64,000 bases of DNA from Candidatus Omnitrophota bacterium. Its GTDB lineage: Bacteria; Omnitrophota; Gorgyraeia; Tantalellales; Tantalellaceae. Position numbers and translations under genes: made by a program. The stretch is from assembly GCA_043813915.1 (NCBI GenBank), contig JBDRKO010000026.1, positions 66,236 through 130,235 on the forward strand. The letters are read 5' to 3'. A model generated the notes under the pieces. It ran no database searches. It was not told the DNA's origin and saw nothing but the letters and a program-made list of their open reading frames with translations. This document shows positions 48,374-57,672 of the stretch, piece after piece (position 1 is the first letter of the stretch; the number at the start of each line of letters is the position of its first letter).

Positions 48374-48859
48374 ATGAAATTAAAAGGAAAAGTATATAAG
48401 TTCGGGGACGACATTAATACCGACGAAATAATACCGGCGCGCTATCTGAATACATCGGACCCGGATGAACTGGCAAAGCATTGTATGGAGGATGCCGATC
48501 CCGCCTTCCCCGGTAAGGTGCAGAAAGGGGATATCATAGTCGGAGGCGAGAATTTCGGATGCGGATCCAGCCGGGAACATGCGCCTATATCCATAAAGGC
48601 GGCGGGAGTATCGTGTGTTATAGCCAAAAGTTTCGCCAGGATATTTTACCGTAATGCCATAAATATAGGGCTTCCGATATTTACCAGTAAAGAAGCTGTG
48701 CAGAAGATAAAGCAGGGAGACCGCGTCGAAGTAGATGTCGATAAAGGGGAAATATCAAAGGCCGATCAGAAAACGATCTTCAAAGCCGAAGTGTTCCCGG
48801 CATTCATAAAAGATATGATAAAGAAGGGCGGACTCATGAAGACCGCCAAAAAAAAGTGA
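48374..48859 (+). CDS. leuD: 3-isopropylmalate dehydratase small subunit
   Basis: DINTDEIIP, NFGCGSSREHA, SFARIFYRN. Confidence 0.93.
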   Translation: MKLKGKVYKFGDDINTDEIIPARYLNTSDPDELAKHCMEDADPAFPGKVQKGDIIVGGENFGCGSSREHAPISIKAAGVSCVIAKSFARIFYRNAINIGLPIFTSKEAVQKIKQGDRVEVDVDKGEISKADQKTIFKAEVFPAFIKDMIKKGGLMKTAKKK

Positions 48860-48979
48860 AAATACCGAAAGAATAAAAAGATCCGTATATTGAAAGTAGG
48901 AGAGGGGGATCACGATATCTTTTGGTCTTCGGTCTTCATGCGGCGTTGTTCTATTTGTGATCAATAAGAAGGGGGATAC

Positions 48980-50035
48980 ATGTACAGGATAGCTGTTCTG
49001 CCGGGAGACGGTACCGGACCCGAAGTGGTGAACGAGGGATTGAAAGTTCTTCATGCGGCCACTGAGAAATGCGGCATAAAATACGAGAAGATACCTTATG
49101 ATCTCGGCGGAGAAAGATATATGCGGACCGGGGAGATATTGCCGGATAGCGTGCTCGAAGAACTGAGAACAGTGGATTCGATATTTCTCGGAGCTGTAGG
49201 CCATCCTGATGTGAAACCGGGTATCTTGGAAAAAGGATTGCTCCTGAAGTTGAGGTTTTCGCTAGAGCAGTATATAAACCTGCGTCCGGTGAAACTATAT
49301 CCGGGGGTATGGACACCTATAAAAGATAAAGGTCCCGAGGACATAGATTTTGTCTTTGTCCGAGAGAACAACGAAGGATTGTATGTCGGGGAGGGCGAAT
49401 TCATAAAAAAGAACACTCCCGAAGAGGTAGCGGTGCAGATATCGAGAAATACGCGAAAAGGGATCGATAAATGCCTGAAGTACGCGTTCGAGTATACAAG
49501 AAAGAGAAATAAGAGAAAACAATTGACCTTAGTGGGTAAGACGAATGTGCTTACTTACGCGTTCGATCTTTGGGAAAGGGCATTCAATGAAATGGGAGAG
49601 AAGGAGTATCCGGATATAAAACGAGACTATGCTCATGTTGATGCTACGTGTATGTGGATGATCAAAAATCCCGAATGGTTCGATGTGCTTGTTACCGACA
49701 ATATGTTCGGGGACATAGTCACGGATCTTGGAGCGATGATACAGGGGGGTATGGGAATAGCCGCGGGCGGGAACATTAACCCTAACGGCGTGTCGATGTT
49801 CGAACCTATCGGTGGATCGGCCCCTAAATATACGGGACAGAATGTCATTAATCCTCTAGCGGCGATATGCGCGGGGGGCATGATGATGGAAGTTCTGGGA
49901 GAGGCCAAGGCGGCGCAGATGATCGAAAAAGCGGTAATGAGCGTTACCACAAAACTGAAAAGCCTTTCTGCCGGGAAAATGGGGTATTCCACCTCGGAAG
50001 TAGGGGATCTGGTGGTGAAAGAGATCTTGAAATAA
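48980..50035 (+). CDS. leuB: 3-isopropylmalate dehydrogenase
   Basis: PGDGTGPEV, INLRP, NMFGDI.TD, FEPIGGSAP. Confidence 0.92.
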   Translation: MYRIAVLPGDGTGPEVVNEGLKVLHAATEKCGIKYEKIPYDLGGERYMRTGEILPDSVLEELRTVDSIFLGAVGHPDVKPGILEKGLLLKLRFSLEQYINLRPVKLYPGVWTPIKDKGPEDIDFVFVRENNEGLYVGEGEFIKKNTPEEVAVQISRNTRKGIDKCLKYAFEYTRKRNKRKQLTLVGKTNVLTYAFDLWERAFNEMGEKEYPDIKRDYAHVDATCMWMIKNPEWFDVLVTDNMFGDIVTDLGAMIQGGMGIAAGGNINPNGVSMFEPIGGSAPKYTGQNVINPLAAICAGGMMMEVLGEAKAAQMIEKAVMSVTTKLKSLSAGKMGYSTSEVGDLVVKEILK

Positions 50036-50043
50036 ACCAAAGA

Positions 50044-50070
50044 GTAGGGGCACGGCATGCCGTGCCCCTA
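50044..50070. repeat. GTAG-type REP palindrome
   Basis: GTAGGGGCACGGCATGCCGTGCCCCTAC; also 55363-55390, 52051-52076, partial 26735, variant pair 51185-51260. Confidence 0.85.
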
Positions 50071-50135
50071 CATTATGATGCTATGCGCCATGTGCTATTT
50101 TAAATGAAGGTTAGCTTAAAACAATAGGTGAAAAT

Positions 50136-51182
50136 ATGCTGAAGAATAAAGAAAAATATAATGTGGCCGTAATGGGAGCGACCGGAGCTGTCGGTGCGCA
50201 ATTCCTTGAGATACTTGCGGAAAGAGATTTTCCGATAGGTGAGTTGCGTCTTTTGGCCAGTAAAAGATCGGAGGGGAAAAAGCTTTCTTTTAAAGGTAAG
50301 GACATCGCGGTCCGGGTGTTAGGGCTGGGGTCTTTTGAGGGGATAGATATCGTCCTGGCTTCTGCCGGAGCGTCCAGAAGTAAAGAATTCCTTCCGTATG
50401 CCGTAAAAGCCGGAGCGGTCTGTGTGGATAATTCCAGCGCTTTTCGTATGGACGAGGATGTGCCGCTTGTAGTTCCGGAAGTGAACCCTCATGCCGCGAA
50501 AGGACATAAGGGTATAATAGCTAATCCTAACTGTTCCACGATACAGATGGTGCTTCCTCTCAAGGCGATAGAAAAGAAGGCCGGTCTGAAAAGAATAGTG
50601 GTAACTACCTTTCAGTCGGTATCGGGAGCAGGGCAAAGCAATATCCTGGAAATGGAATCCCAGGTCGTCGCGCTGAGCAAAAAAGAAGCTCATCATAAAA
50701 TAGGAAGGCATATTGTCGAAGATAAAATGATATCGGAGTTTGCTCATCAGATAGCGTATAATGTGATACCTCATATAGATGTTTTCGAAGAGGACCTTTA
50801 CACAAAAGAGGAAACAAAAATGATCAAGGAGACCCGCAAGATAATGGAACTGCCCGGACTTGCGGTGACCGCGACCTGCGTGAGAGTGCCGGTGTATTAC
50901 GCGCATTCTGAAAGCGTCAATGTGGAGACCGAAAGAAAGATCACCGCGAAAGAGGCCGTAAAGCTTATGAAAGGATTCCCGGGAATAACCGTAGTGGACG
51001 ATCCGTTCAATAACAAGTATCCCATGCCTATAGACGTGGAAGGGAAAGACGACGTTTTTGTGGGCAGAATAAGAGAAGACGGTTCCATAGAGAACGGGTT
51101 GAACCTCTGGGTAGTCGCCGATAATCTGAGGAAAGGCGCCGCGCTCAATGCCGTACAGATCGCGGAACTTCTTATTTCGTAA
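50136..51182 (+). CDS. asd: Aspartate-semialdehyde dehydrogenase
   Basis: GATGAVG, DNSSAFRM, ANPNCSTIQM, QSVSGAG, DNLRKGAA. Confidence 0.97.
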   Translation: MLKNKEKYNVAVMGATGAVGAQFLEILAERDFPIGELRLLASKRSEGKKLSFKGKDIAVRVLGLGSFEGIDIVLASAGASRSKEFLPYAVKAGAVCVDNSSAFRMDEDVPLVVPEVNPHAAKGHKGIIANPNCSTIQMVLPLKAIEKKAGLKRIVVTTFQSVSGAGQSNILEMESQVVALSKKEAHHKIGRHIVEDKMISEFAHQIAYNVIPHIDVFEEDLYTKEETKMIKETRKIMELPGLAVTATCVRVPVYYAHSESVNVETERKITAKEAVKLMKGFPGITVVDDPFNNKYPMPIDVEGKDDVFVGRIREDGSIENGLNLWVVADNLRKGAALNAVQIAELLIS

Positions 51183-51184
51183 AT

Positions 51185-51260
51185 AGGGGCAGACCTATGT
51201 GTCTGCCCTTTGTTCATAAACATCAATAAAAGCAGGGCGGACACACAGGTCCGCCCCTAC
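51185..51260. repeat. Inverted REP pair
   Basis: TAGGGGCAGACCTATGTGTCTGCCC ... GGGCGGACACACAGGTCCGCCCCTAC. Confidence 0.8.
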
Positions 51261-51278
51261 ATTTTTACTCTCATTCCA

Positions 51279-52013
51279 ATGCGGAATATCAAACTTACCA
51301 TAGCCTACGACGGCACCGATTACAAAGGCTGGCAAAAACAAAAGAACGGTCCTTCCGTACAGCAGGAAATAGAAAAAGCGCTAAAAGCGCTTTTTAAAAA
51401 AACATTCAAGGTGCAGGGCGCGAGCCGAACCGATTCCGGTGTCCATGCCAAAGGGCAGGCAGCGCATTTCGTTATAAACCAGGACATCCCGGTCCGTAAT
51501 ATCCCTCATGCGCTCAACCGAATGCTGCCGCAAGACATTGTTGTTGTCGCCGCGGAAGAAGAAAGCGGTGAGTTCCATTCCAGGTTCGACGCGAGATCGA
51601 AGATATACAGGTACCACATACTTAATTCCGATGTTCCGGACCCTTTCCAAGAGAAATATTCATGGCGTATACCTTATAGATTGAACATCAGCCTGATGCA
51701 GAAAGAAGCCAAGGGTTTTGAAGGACGGCATGATTTCAGGTCTTTCCAAGCGTCGGACAAGAAAGAAAGAACATCGGTGAGAAACATATTTTATGTAGAA
51801 ATAAGAAAAAAGGGTCCATCTGTTATCATAGAGATAGAAGGGGACGGTTTTCTTTACAATATGGTGCGCAATATCGTCGGTACGCTGGTGGATGTAGGAA
51901 GAGGATATTTGCCCGCCGGCAGTATTAAAAAGATACTGGCGAAAAAAGACAGGACTTCCGCGGGGCCTACCGCTCCTGCCAAAGGATTATTTTTGATGGA
52001 AGTGAAGTACTGA
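51279..52013 (+). CDS. truA: tRNA pseudouridine(38-40) synthase
   Basis: YDGT.Y.GWQ, SRTDSGVHA, FLYNMVR, TAPAKGL. Confidence 0.96.
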   Translation: MRNIKLTIAYDGTDYKGWQKQKNGPSVQQEIEKALKALFKKTFKVQGASRTDSGVHAKGQAAHFVINQDIPVRNIPHALNRMLPQDIVVVAAEEESGEFHSRFDARSKIYRYHILNSDVPDPFQEKYSWRIPYRLNISLMQKEAKGFEGRHDFRSFQASDKKERTSVRNIFYVEIRKKGPSVIIEIEGDGFLYNMVRNIVGTLVDVGRGYLPAGSIKKILAKKDRTSAGPTAPAKGLFLMEVKY

Positions 52014-52512
52014 GACCTAGGAGCAGAAGACAGAAGTCAGACGTCAGAGTGTAGGGGCACGGCATGACGTGCCCTATATGGTTTACGAATCACCCCCGCA
52101 GATTTCTTCGAAATCTAAGCGCGGGGGCAGGCGAAGGACGAGAAAAAAGTGTTAAGTGTTAAGTTTTAAGTGTTATGTGCGGTGTATAATGGCAAAGCGC
52201 ATAGGGTTAAGAAGTCAGAAGGAAGAAGCGTACCGGACTATAGACTATTGACCATAGACTATAGACCAAGAGCTTATAAGTCAATCGTCAATGGTCTGTT
52301 CGGGCTGTTCCCGAGTCACGAAGCACTAATTACTGGTCGAAGAATGTCCCCAGAATAAGGCGCATAGCATTAAGAAAGACGAAGGAAGAAGGACGCGGGA
52401 CGAAGGACGAGATTGCCGCGTCGCTTCGCTCCTCGCAATGACGGAGTAGTCACGAATCACGAATTACTGGACGAAGAATGTCCCCAGAATATATTTTTAT
52501 TTCTGTTCACGT
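52014..52512. repeat. Mosaic intergenic repeat cluster
   Basis: AGAAGTC, AAGTGTT, TAGACTA and ACGAATC heptamers; REPs; GAAGAATGTCCCCAGAAT x2. Confidence 0.85.
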
Positions 52513-52576
52513 TAAAGAAAGTCCAAGCCTAGAATGATCTCCCGTTAAAGATATCAGCAACTACAGTTATTAATGC

Positions 52577-52607
52577 AAAGACCGGAACTATTTTCGGTCT
52601 TTTTTTT
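52577..52607 (+). terminator. Rho-independent terminator
   Basis: AAAGACCGGAA-CTATT-TTCGGTCTTT plus U tract. Confidence 0.7.
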
Positions 52608-52616
52608 GTTTTTTAA

Positions 52617-52660
52617 TTGACAAGTATTAATACTTGTTATATACTTGTTGCATACTTGTT
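52617..52660 (+). promoter_or_regulatory. sigma70 promoter with palindromic and direct-repeat operator
   Basis: TTGACA-N17-TATACT; perfect ACAAGTATTAATACTTGT palindrome; ATACTTGTT x3 at 11-bp period. Confidence 0.7.
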
Positions 52661-52690
52661 ATATCCGATGAACGAATAAGGAGAGAAAGC

Positions 52691-52870
52691 GTGAGAGGGA
52701 AGTTCCGGTTAAAATTCTTAGCAACTGTTTCCAATCGGGGGCAGATCTTCATACCCAAGGTTCTTCAGGGATATTTCGGGATAAGAAAGAGGGACAAAGT
52801 TACTTTTGTCCTGCAGAATGACGGTAATGTTGTTTTCAGGAAAACGACCGAAGGAGAGAAAAATGGGTAA
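52691..52870 (+). CDS. AbrB/MazE/SpoVT-family DNA-binding protein
   Basis: ATVSNRGQIFIPK...YFGI...DKVTF; GTG start with AAGGAG RBS. Confidence 0.75.
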   Translation: MRGKFRLKFLATVSNRGQIFIPKVLQGYFGIRKRDKVTFVLQNDGNVVFRKTTEGEKNG

Positions 52871-53039
52871 AAAGCAGTACAAGCACAGCGTGACCATTAA
52901 CGACAAACGGAGAGACAGGAAACGGAACAATGATCGTATGAGCAAAGAGTCCTGCGACCAGTCACTGCAGGTAGTTTTTAATACCCTATATAAGGATCAG
53001 GTAAGAGCTCTTTATAGAGCAATATCAAAAGGGAATTGA
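52863..53039 (+). CDS. Small basic hypothetical protein (58 aa) coupled to the AbrB gene
   Basis: ATG overlapping the AbrB end with AAGGAG RBS; no recognised family. Confidence 0.45.
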   Translation: MGKKQYKHSVTINDKRRDRKRNNDRMSKESCDQSLQVVFNTLYKDQVRALYRAISKGN

Positions 53040-53154
53040 TAGCCTTCGATCCGGACCGGTCTAGACCATATCGCCGGGGGATAAAACGCGTAGCCGGCTG
53101 TTCCCGCGCGGTTTGCGTTGATCCGCATAAGAGCCAAGCCGCTTCTGATAGTTC

Positions 53155-53183
53155 TTGACAAACCTACCTAAATATGCTAATTT
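53155..53183 (+). promoter_or_regulatory. sigma70 promoter of rplM-rpsI
   Basis: TTGACA-N17-TAATTT with TGn extension. Confidence 0.55.
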
Positions 53184-53258
53184 TACACTTCAGTTTTTAT
53201 ATCACCCTGAACAAGGGTGTTGATACGTGTCGAAAAAAGGGATGAGAAGAGGAAGAGC

Positions 53259-53690
53259 ATGAATAAGACCATAATGGCAAAGTCTTCGGAAACGGATCGC
53301 AGTTGGTATATTATCGACGTGGAAGGAAAGATATTGGGCCGGGCGGCTACTAAAATAGCTAAACTGCTTAGCGGAAAAACACGTCCGGATTATACGCCGA
53401 ATGTCGATACGGGGGCCGGAGTGATCGTTCTGAACTGCGGAGAGGTAAAGGTTACGGGCGCGAAAACGGAACAAAAAATGTATAAAAGTTTTTCGGGTTA
53501 TCCCGGCGGGCAGAAGGAAATAGTTTACAGTAAGATGAAAGAAAAGAACCCGAGACATATAATGAGGCATGCTGTAAAGGGGATGCTTCCCAAGAATAAA
53601 CTGGGGGCTTTGATGATAAAGAGGCTTAAACTGTATGTGGGTAAGGAACATCCTCATACAGCACAAAAGCCCGTTGAAATAAAATTGTAA
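53259..53690 (+). CDS. rplM: 50S ribosomal protein L13
   Basis: [39 protein letters not shown]. Confidence 0.97.
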   Translation: MNKTIMAKSSETDRSWYIIDVEGKILGRAATKIAKLLSGKTRPDYTPNVDTGAGVIVLNCGEVKVTGAKTEQKMYKSFSGYPGGQKEIVYSKMKEKNPRHIMRHAVKGMLPKNKLGALMIKRLKLYVGKEHPHTAQKPVEIKL

Positions 53691-53709
53691 AAAGGACAAA
53701 GGCATAAAA

Positions 53710-54105
53710 ATGGGAAAAATAGTTGAATATGTGACAGTAGGAAGAAGGAAAGAATCCGTTGCAAGGGTAAGGTTGCGGCCGGGAACGGGTAAATTCAAAC
53801 TTAACAAAAGGGAATTCGAGGATTATTTTCCAAGGGAAACCCATAGGATCATGGTTATGAAACCCATTGATATATCAGGGGTGGTCGGAAAATTCGATGT
53901 CATAGCTACGCTTTCCGGAGGCGGGTCGACCGGACAGGCGGGGGCGTTGAGGCATGGGATCACCAGGGCTCTTGTTAAAGTTGATGAAAGTCTGAAAATG
54001 GCTTTAAAGAAAGCCGGTCTGTTGACCAGAGATCCCAGAGCAAAGGAAAGAAAAAAGTACGGTCAGAAGCGTGCGCGTAAAAAATTCCAGTTCTCAAAAC
54101 GTTAA
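53710..54105 (+). CDS. rpsI: 30S ribosomal protein S9
   Basis: [35 protein letters not shown]. Confidence 0.98.
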   Translation: MGKIVEYVTVGRRKESVARVRLRPGTGKFKLNKREFEDYFPRETHRIMVMKPIDISGVVGKFDVIATLSGGGSTGQAGALRHGITRALVKVDESLKMALKKAGLLTRDPRAKERKKYGQKRARKKFQFSKR

Positions 54106-54127
54106 ATATATACACCATGTTACAAGG

Positions 54128-54158
54128 AAGGCCACGCTGATGCGTGGCCTTTTTTTTT
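54128..54158 (+). terminator. Rho-independent terminator after rpsI
   Basis: AAGGCCACGC-TGAT-GCGTGGCCTT plus U tract. Confidence 0.85.
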
Positions 54159-54233
54159 GCCCTGCTTCGCTCATGATACTTTCGTTCATGAGCTTCGCAG
54201 AGGCTTTAGCAGGGTAAAGAAGGGTCTTTTCGA

Positions 54234-54262
54234 TTGACATGATAGTGGGTTTAATTTATACT
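54234..54262 (+). promoter_or_regulatory. sigma70 promoter of the arg operon
   Basis: TTGACA-N17-TATACT. Confidence 0.7.
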
Positions 54263-54344
54263 TAGCTTTCATAATAATATTATACACGGCTTACGAAAAT
54301 TAAATAAACGCTAAAAGTCCTATTAGATACGCATAGGGGGATAT

Positions 54345-55358
54345 ATGGTTAAAGCAGGGATAATCGGTGTGACCAGTTATACAGGGGAGGAGCTGATAAA
54401 AGTGCTTTTAAGGCATCCCGAAGCGGAAATAACCGCGCTTTCGGCACGGATAGAAGAAGAGACCGCCATAACGAAACTATATCCGCAGTTCAGCGGATTG
54501 ACGGAATTGTCATACAAGACGATGGACGTTGACGAGATCTCGGGGAAATGCGACGTAATATTCCTCGCGCTTCCTCATACGGTTTCCATGGGTGTTGCTC
54601 CGGAATTCCTGAAAAAGGGAAAAAGGGTAATAGATCTAAGCTCGGATTATAGGTTGCCCGGCGATGTGTATGAAAAGTGGTATGGGACGGAACAGACCGA
54701 TACGGATAATCTGGGTAAGGGCGTTTACGGCCTTCCGGAGATCAACAGGGACAGTATAAAAAAAGCGCTCCTGATCGCTAATCCCGGGTGTTATCCGACA
54801 AGTGTCATATTGGCCCTTTTACCCGTTATAAAAAATGCGGCCGGTAAAAAAGCCAAGATCATAGCGGATTCGAAGAGCGGAGTTACCGGGGCCGGCCGGA
54901 AAGCACTTTTATCTCTTACTTTTGGCGAGGTTGACGGAAATTTTAAATGTTATAAACCGAACGCGCATCAGCATATGCCTGAGATAGACCACATCTTGTC
55001 GGCGGTCGCGGAAAATAAGGTCGAAATAAATTTTGTTCCGCATCTCCTGCCCATAAGGAGGGGTATACTTTCGACGGTATACGTGCCTAGCGACGGACTG
55101 GGCTCTGAAAAGGATATATTCGATATATATTCGCGATATTTCAAAGACGAACCGTTCGTAAGGATAAAACCACTTGGGGAGATGCCGGAGATAAAAGACG
55201 TGGCGGGGACGAACTTTTGCGATATCGGTATACGGGAAGCCAGGGGGACATTGATAATAGTTTCCGCGATAGATAATCTGTTAAAGGGCGCAAGCGGACA
55301 GGCGGTACAAAATATGAATATCATGTACGGTATTGATGAACGCGCGGGATTGAAATAA
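54345..55358 (+). CDS. argC: N-acetyl-gamma-glutamyl-phosphate reductase
   Basis: FLALPH, DLSSDYR, ANPGCYPT, SGVTGAG, DNLLKGASGQAVQN. Confidence 0.97.
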   Translation: MVKAGIIGVTSYTGEELIKVLLRHPEAEITALSARIEEETAITKLYPQFSGLTELSYKTMDVDEISGKCDVIFLALPHTVSMGVAPEFLKKGKRVIDLSSDYRLPGDVYEKWYGTEQTDTDNLGKGVYGLPEINRDSIKKALLIANPGCYPTSVILALLPVIKNAAGKKAKIIADSKSGVTGAGRKALLSLTFGEVDGNFKCYKPNAHQHMPEIDHILSAVAENKVEINFVPHLLPIRRGILSTVYVPSDGLGSEKDIFDIYSRYFKDEPFVRIKPLGEMPEIKDVAGTNFCDIGIREARGTLIIVSAIDNLLKGASGQAVQNMNIMYGIDERAGLK

Positions 55359-55413
55359 AAGAGTAGGGGCACGGCATGCCGTGCCCCTACATCAACATAC
55401 GCAGAGGAAATAT

Positions 55414-56604
55414 ATGGAAAATTTTAAACTTCCGGAAGGTTTCTTGGCTAACGGGATACATTGCGGGTCCAAGAAAAAGAGGAAGGACCTTGCTCTGATA
55501 TTCTCGGAAAGACCGTGCGCTATAACGGCCATTTTTACCAGGAATATCGTTAAAGCGGCGCCTGTACTATTGGCCCAAAGGCAGCTGAAGAGGGCCGGTC
55601 ATATACGCGGGGTGCTGATCAATTCGGGCAACGCGAACTGCATGACCGGGAAACGCGGGATAGAGGATGCCGAGAAAATGGCGTACGGAATGGCGGAGGT
55701 GCTGGGTGTAGGAAAAAATGAGATACTTGTTTCTTCCACAGGCATAATCGGAGAGTTCATAGATCTTAGGCCAATTAAAAAAGGGATGAAGGAGATAGCT
55801 AGAGGCCTATCGGCGGATGGAATACTGGATGCCGCGGACGGGATCATGACAACGGACAGGTTCCGGAAAATATCGCAGCGTACTTTTATGGCGGGAGGCA
55901 AAAAAATACACATGGCAGGTATAGCCAAGGGCGCAGGAATGATCAAGCCCAATATGGCTACTATGTTATGCTACATAATGACGGACGCGGATATTTCGCA
56001 GAAAGCTATGAAGGCGGCTCTTGCCGAAAGCGCGGACAGGTCTTTTAACGCTGTTTCGGTGGACGGGGATATGAGCACTAATGATACGGTCATGCTTTTG
56101 GCGAACGGGGCTTCGGGCAACAGGACCATAAAATACAAGGGTAAGGATTTTGATGTTTTTAAAAAGAACCTGTGTATGTTATCGGACGATCTGGCGAAAA
56201 TGATAGTTTTGGACGGCGAAGGAGCTCAAAAATTCATAGAGGTCCATGTAAAGAGGACAAGGACCAAGAAAGAAGCTAAAAAAGCGGCGGAAGCTATAGC
56301 AAGTTCTTTGCTGGTGAAATGTGCTGTGCTGGGAGGGGATCCGAATTGGGGAAGGATAGCTTCATCGGCGGGCGCAAGCGGGGTGAAATTCGACCCGGAA
56401 AAGATAGAAATAAGTCTTGACGGAGTGACGTTCTTCAAGAACGGAAAGACCCTTAAAGAGGTGGACCGAAAAAACTCGGCGGTCTTTAAAGGCAAAGATG
56501 TCAAGATAGAGGTCGTTCTTAATACGGGAAAAGAGGAAGCTAAATTCTTTTCCTGCGACATATCGAAGAAATATATAACGCTTAACTCGTATTACACGAC
56601 GTAG
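55414..56604 (+). CDS. argJ: Ornithine acetyltransferase (bifunctional ArgJ)
   Basis: NSGNAN, STGIIG, IMTTD, KGAGMI.PNMATML, DGDMSTND, DPNWGRI. Confidence 0.96.
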   Translation: MENFKLPEGFLANGIHCGSKKKRKDLALIFSERPCAITAIFTRNIVKAAPVLLAQRQLKRAGHIRGVLINSGNANCMTGKRGIEDAEKMAYGMAEVLGVGKNEILVSSTGIIGEFIDLRPIKKGMKEIARGLSADGILDAADGIMTTDRFRKISQRTFMAGGKKIHMAGIAKGAGMIKPNMATMLCYIMTDADISQKAMKAALAESADRSFNAVSVDGDMSTNDTVMLLANGASGNRTIKYKGKDFDVFKKNLCMLSDDLAKMIVLDGEGAQKFIEVHVKRTRTKKEAKKAAEAIASSLLVKCAVLGGDPNWGRIASSAGASGVKFDPEKIEISLDGVTFFKNGKTLKEVDRKNSAVFKGKDVKIEVVLNTGKEEAKFFSCDISKKYITLNSYYTT

Positions 56605-56692
56605 TGCTGTGTGCTGTGTGATGTGTGATGTGTAATGTGTAATGCGCGAAATGAAAGGAACATAAAACTTAACACATGACACATAAAACAAG
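56605..56692. repeat. Inverted heptamer arrays (TGTGTGA / ACATAAA-ACATGAC)
   Basis: Forward array after the argJ stop, complementary array before argB. Confidence 0.7.
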
Positions 56693-56702
56693 CAGGTAAT
56701 TC

Positions 56703-57557
56703 ATGGAAGAAGCGATAAAAAAAAGCAAAGTGCTGATAGAAGCCCTACCGTATATAAAGAAATTTTACGGCAAAGTAGTTGTCGTGAAATACGGGGGAAG
56801 TTCTTTGCATGACAAAAAAGCGCGTGATATGGTGCTGCAGGATATGGTGTTCATGAGGTATGCCGGAATGAAGCCTGTTCTTGTACATGGCGGAGGGCCT
56901 AACATAAGCGAGAAACTAAGGGAATCCAATATAGAGACCAAATTCATCGACGGATTGAGGGTCACTTGCGAAAGGTCTATGGGCGTAGTAGATTCCGTTC
57001 TGATGGATGTGAACAGGTCCTTAGTGGAAGAGATAATAAGTTTCGGGGGAGAAGCTTTCGGATTAAGCGGTAAGGAGAACAACATGATACGGGCCGAGAA
57101 AAAAGAAGGTCCAGATCTGGGTTTTGTCGGCAGCGTAGCGGCGATAGATACTACGATATTAAAACGTCTTCTTGACACGAACATAATCCCGGTCATATGT
57201 CCCGTCGGGAAAGGGGAGGACAACAAACTTTACAATATAAACGCCGATGAAGCCGCGTCTAACTTGGCGATAGCCCTTGAAGCCGAAAAATTCGTTGTTC
57301 TTACCAATGTCCGCGGGGTAATGCGGGAGAAAAATAATCCCGAGTCCTTGTTCCATTCGTTGACAATGGAAACAGCCATGCATTTGATAGAGACAGGGGT
57401 CATTGACGGGGGTATGGTGCCTAAAGTGCGGTCCTGTCTGCATGCGTTGAAGGGAGGCGCGCGTAAGGCGCATATAGTCGAGGCGAATCTTTCCCATGCG
57501 CTGCTTTTGGAAATGTTCACCGATAAAGGGATAGGCACGGAAATAGTGCATGAATAA
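56703..57557 (+). CDS. argB: Acetylglutamate kinase
   Basis: EALPYI, VKYGG, VHGGGP, GLRVT, NINAD, GGMVPKV. Confidence 0.97.
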   Translation: MEEAIKKSKVLIEALPYIKKFYGKVVVVKYGGSSLHDKKARDMVLQDMVFMRYAGMKPVLVHGGGPNISEKLRESNIETKFIDGLRVTCERSMGVVDSVLMDVNRSLVEEIISFGGEAFGLSGKENNMIRAEKKEGPDLGFVGSVAAIDTTILKRLLDTNIIPVICPVGKGEDNKLYNINADEAASNLAIALEAEKFVVLTNVRGVMREKNNPESLFHSLTMETAMHLIETGVIDGGMVPKVRSCLHALKGGARKAHIVEANLSHALLLEMFTDKGIGTEIVHE

Positions 57558-57672
57558 AACAGTTTAAAAAGTTAAAAGGTTTAAAGGTTTAAAAGTTAAA
57601 TATCTGGAGCGGATATTGCAGCGCAAAGAGCACAGCGCATAGAGCACAGGGAAGATAGTTCGAACGAACGGG

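Noticed and set aside
53040-53150. Possible riboswitch or ncRNA
   Set aside because: No convincing match to c-di-GMP or other motifs I know, and no second copy.
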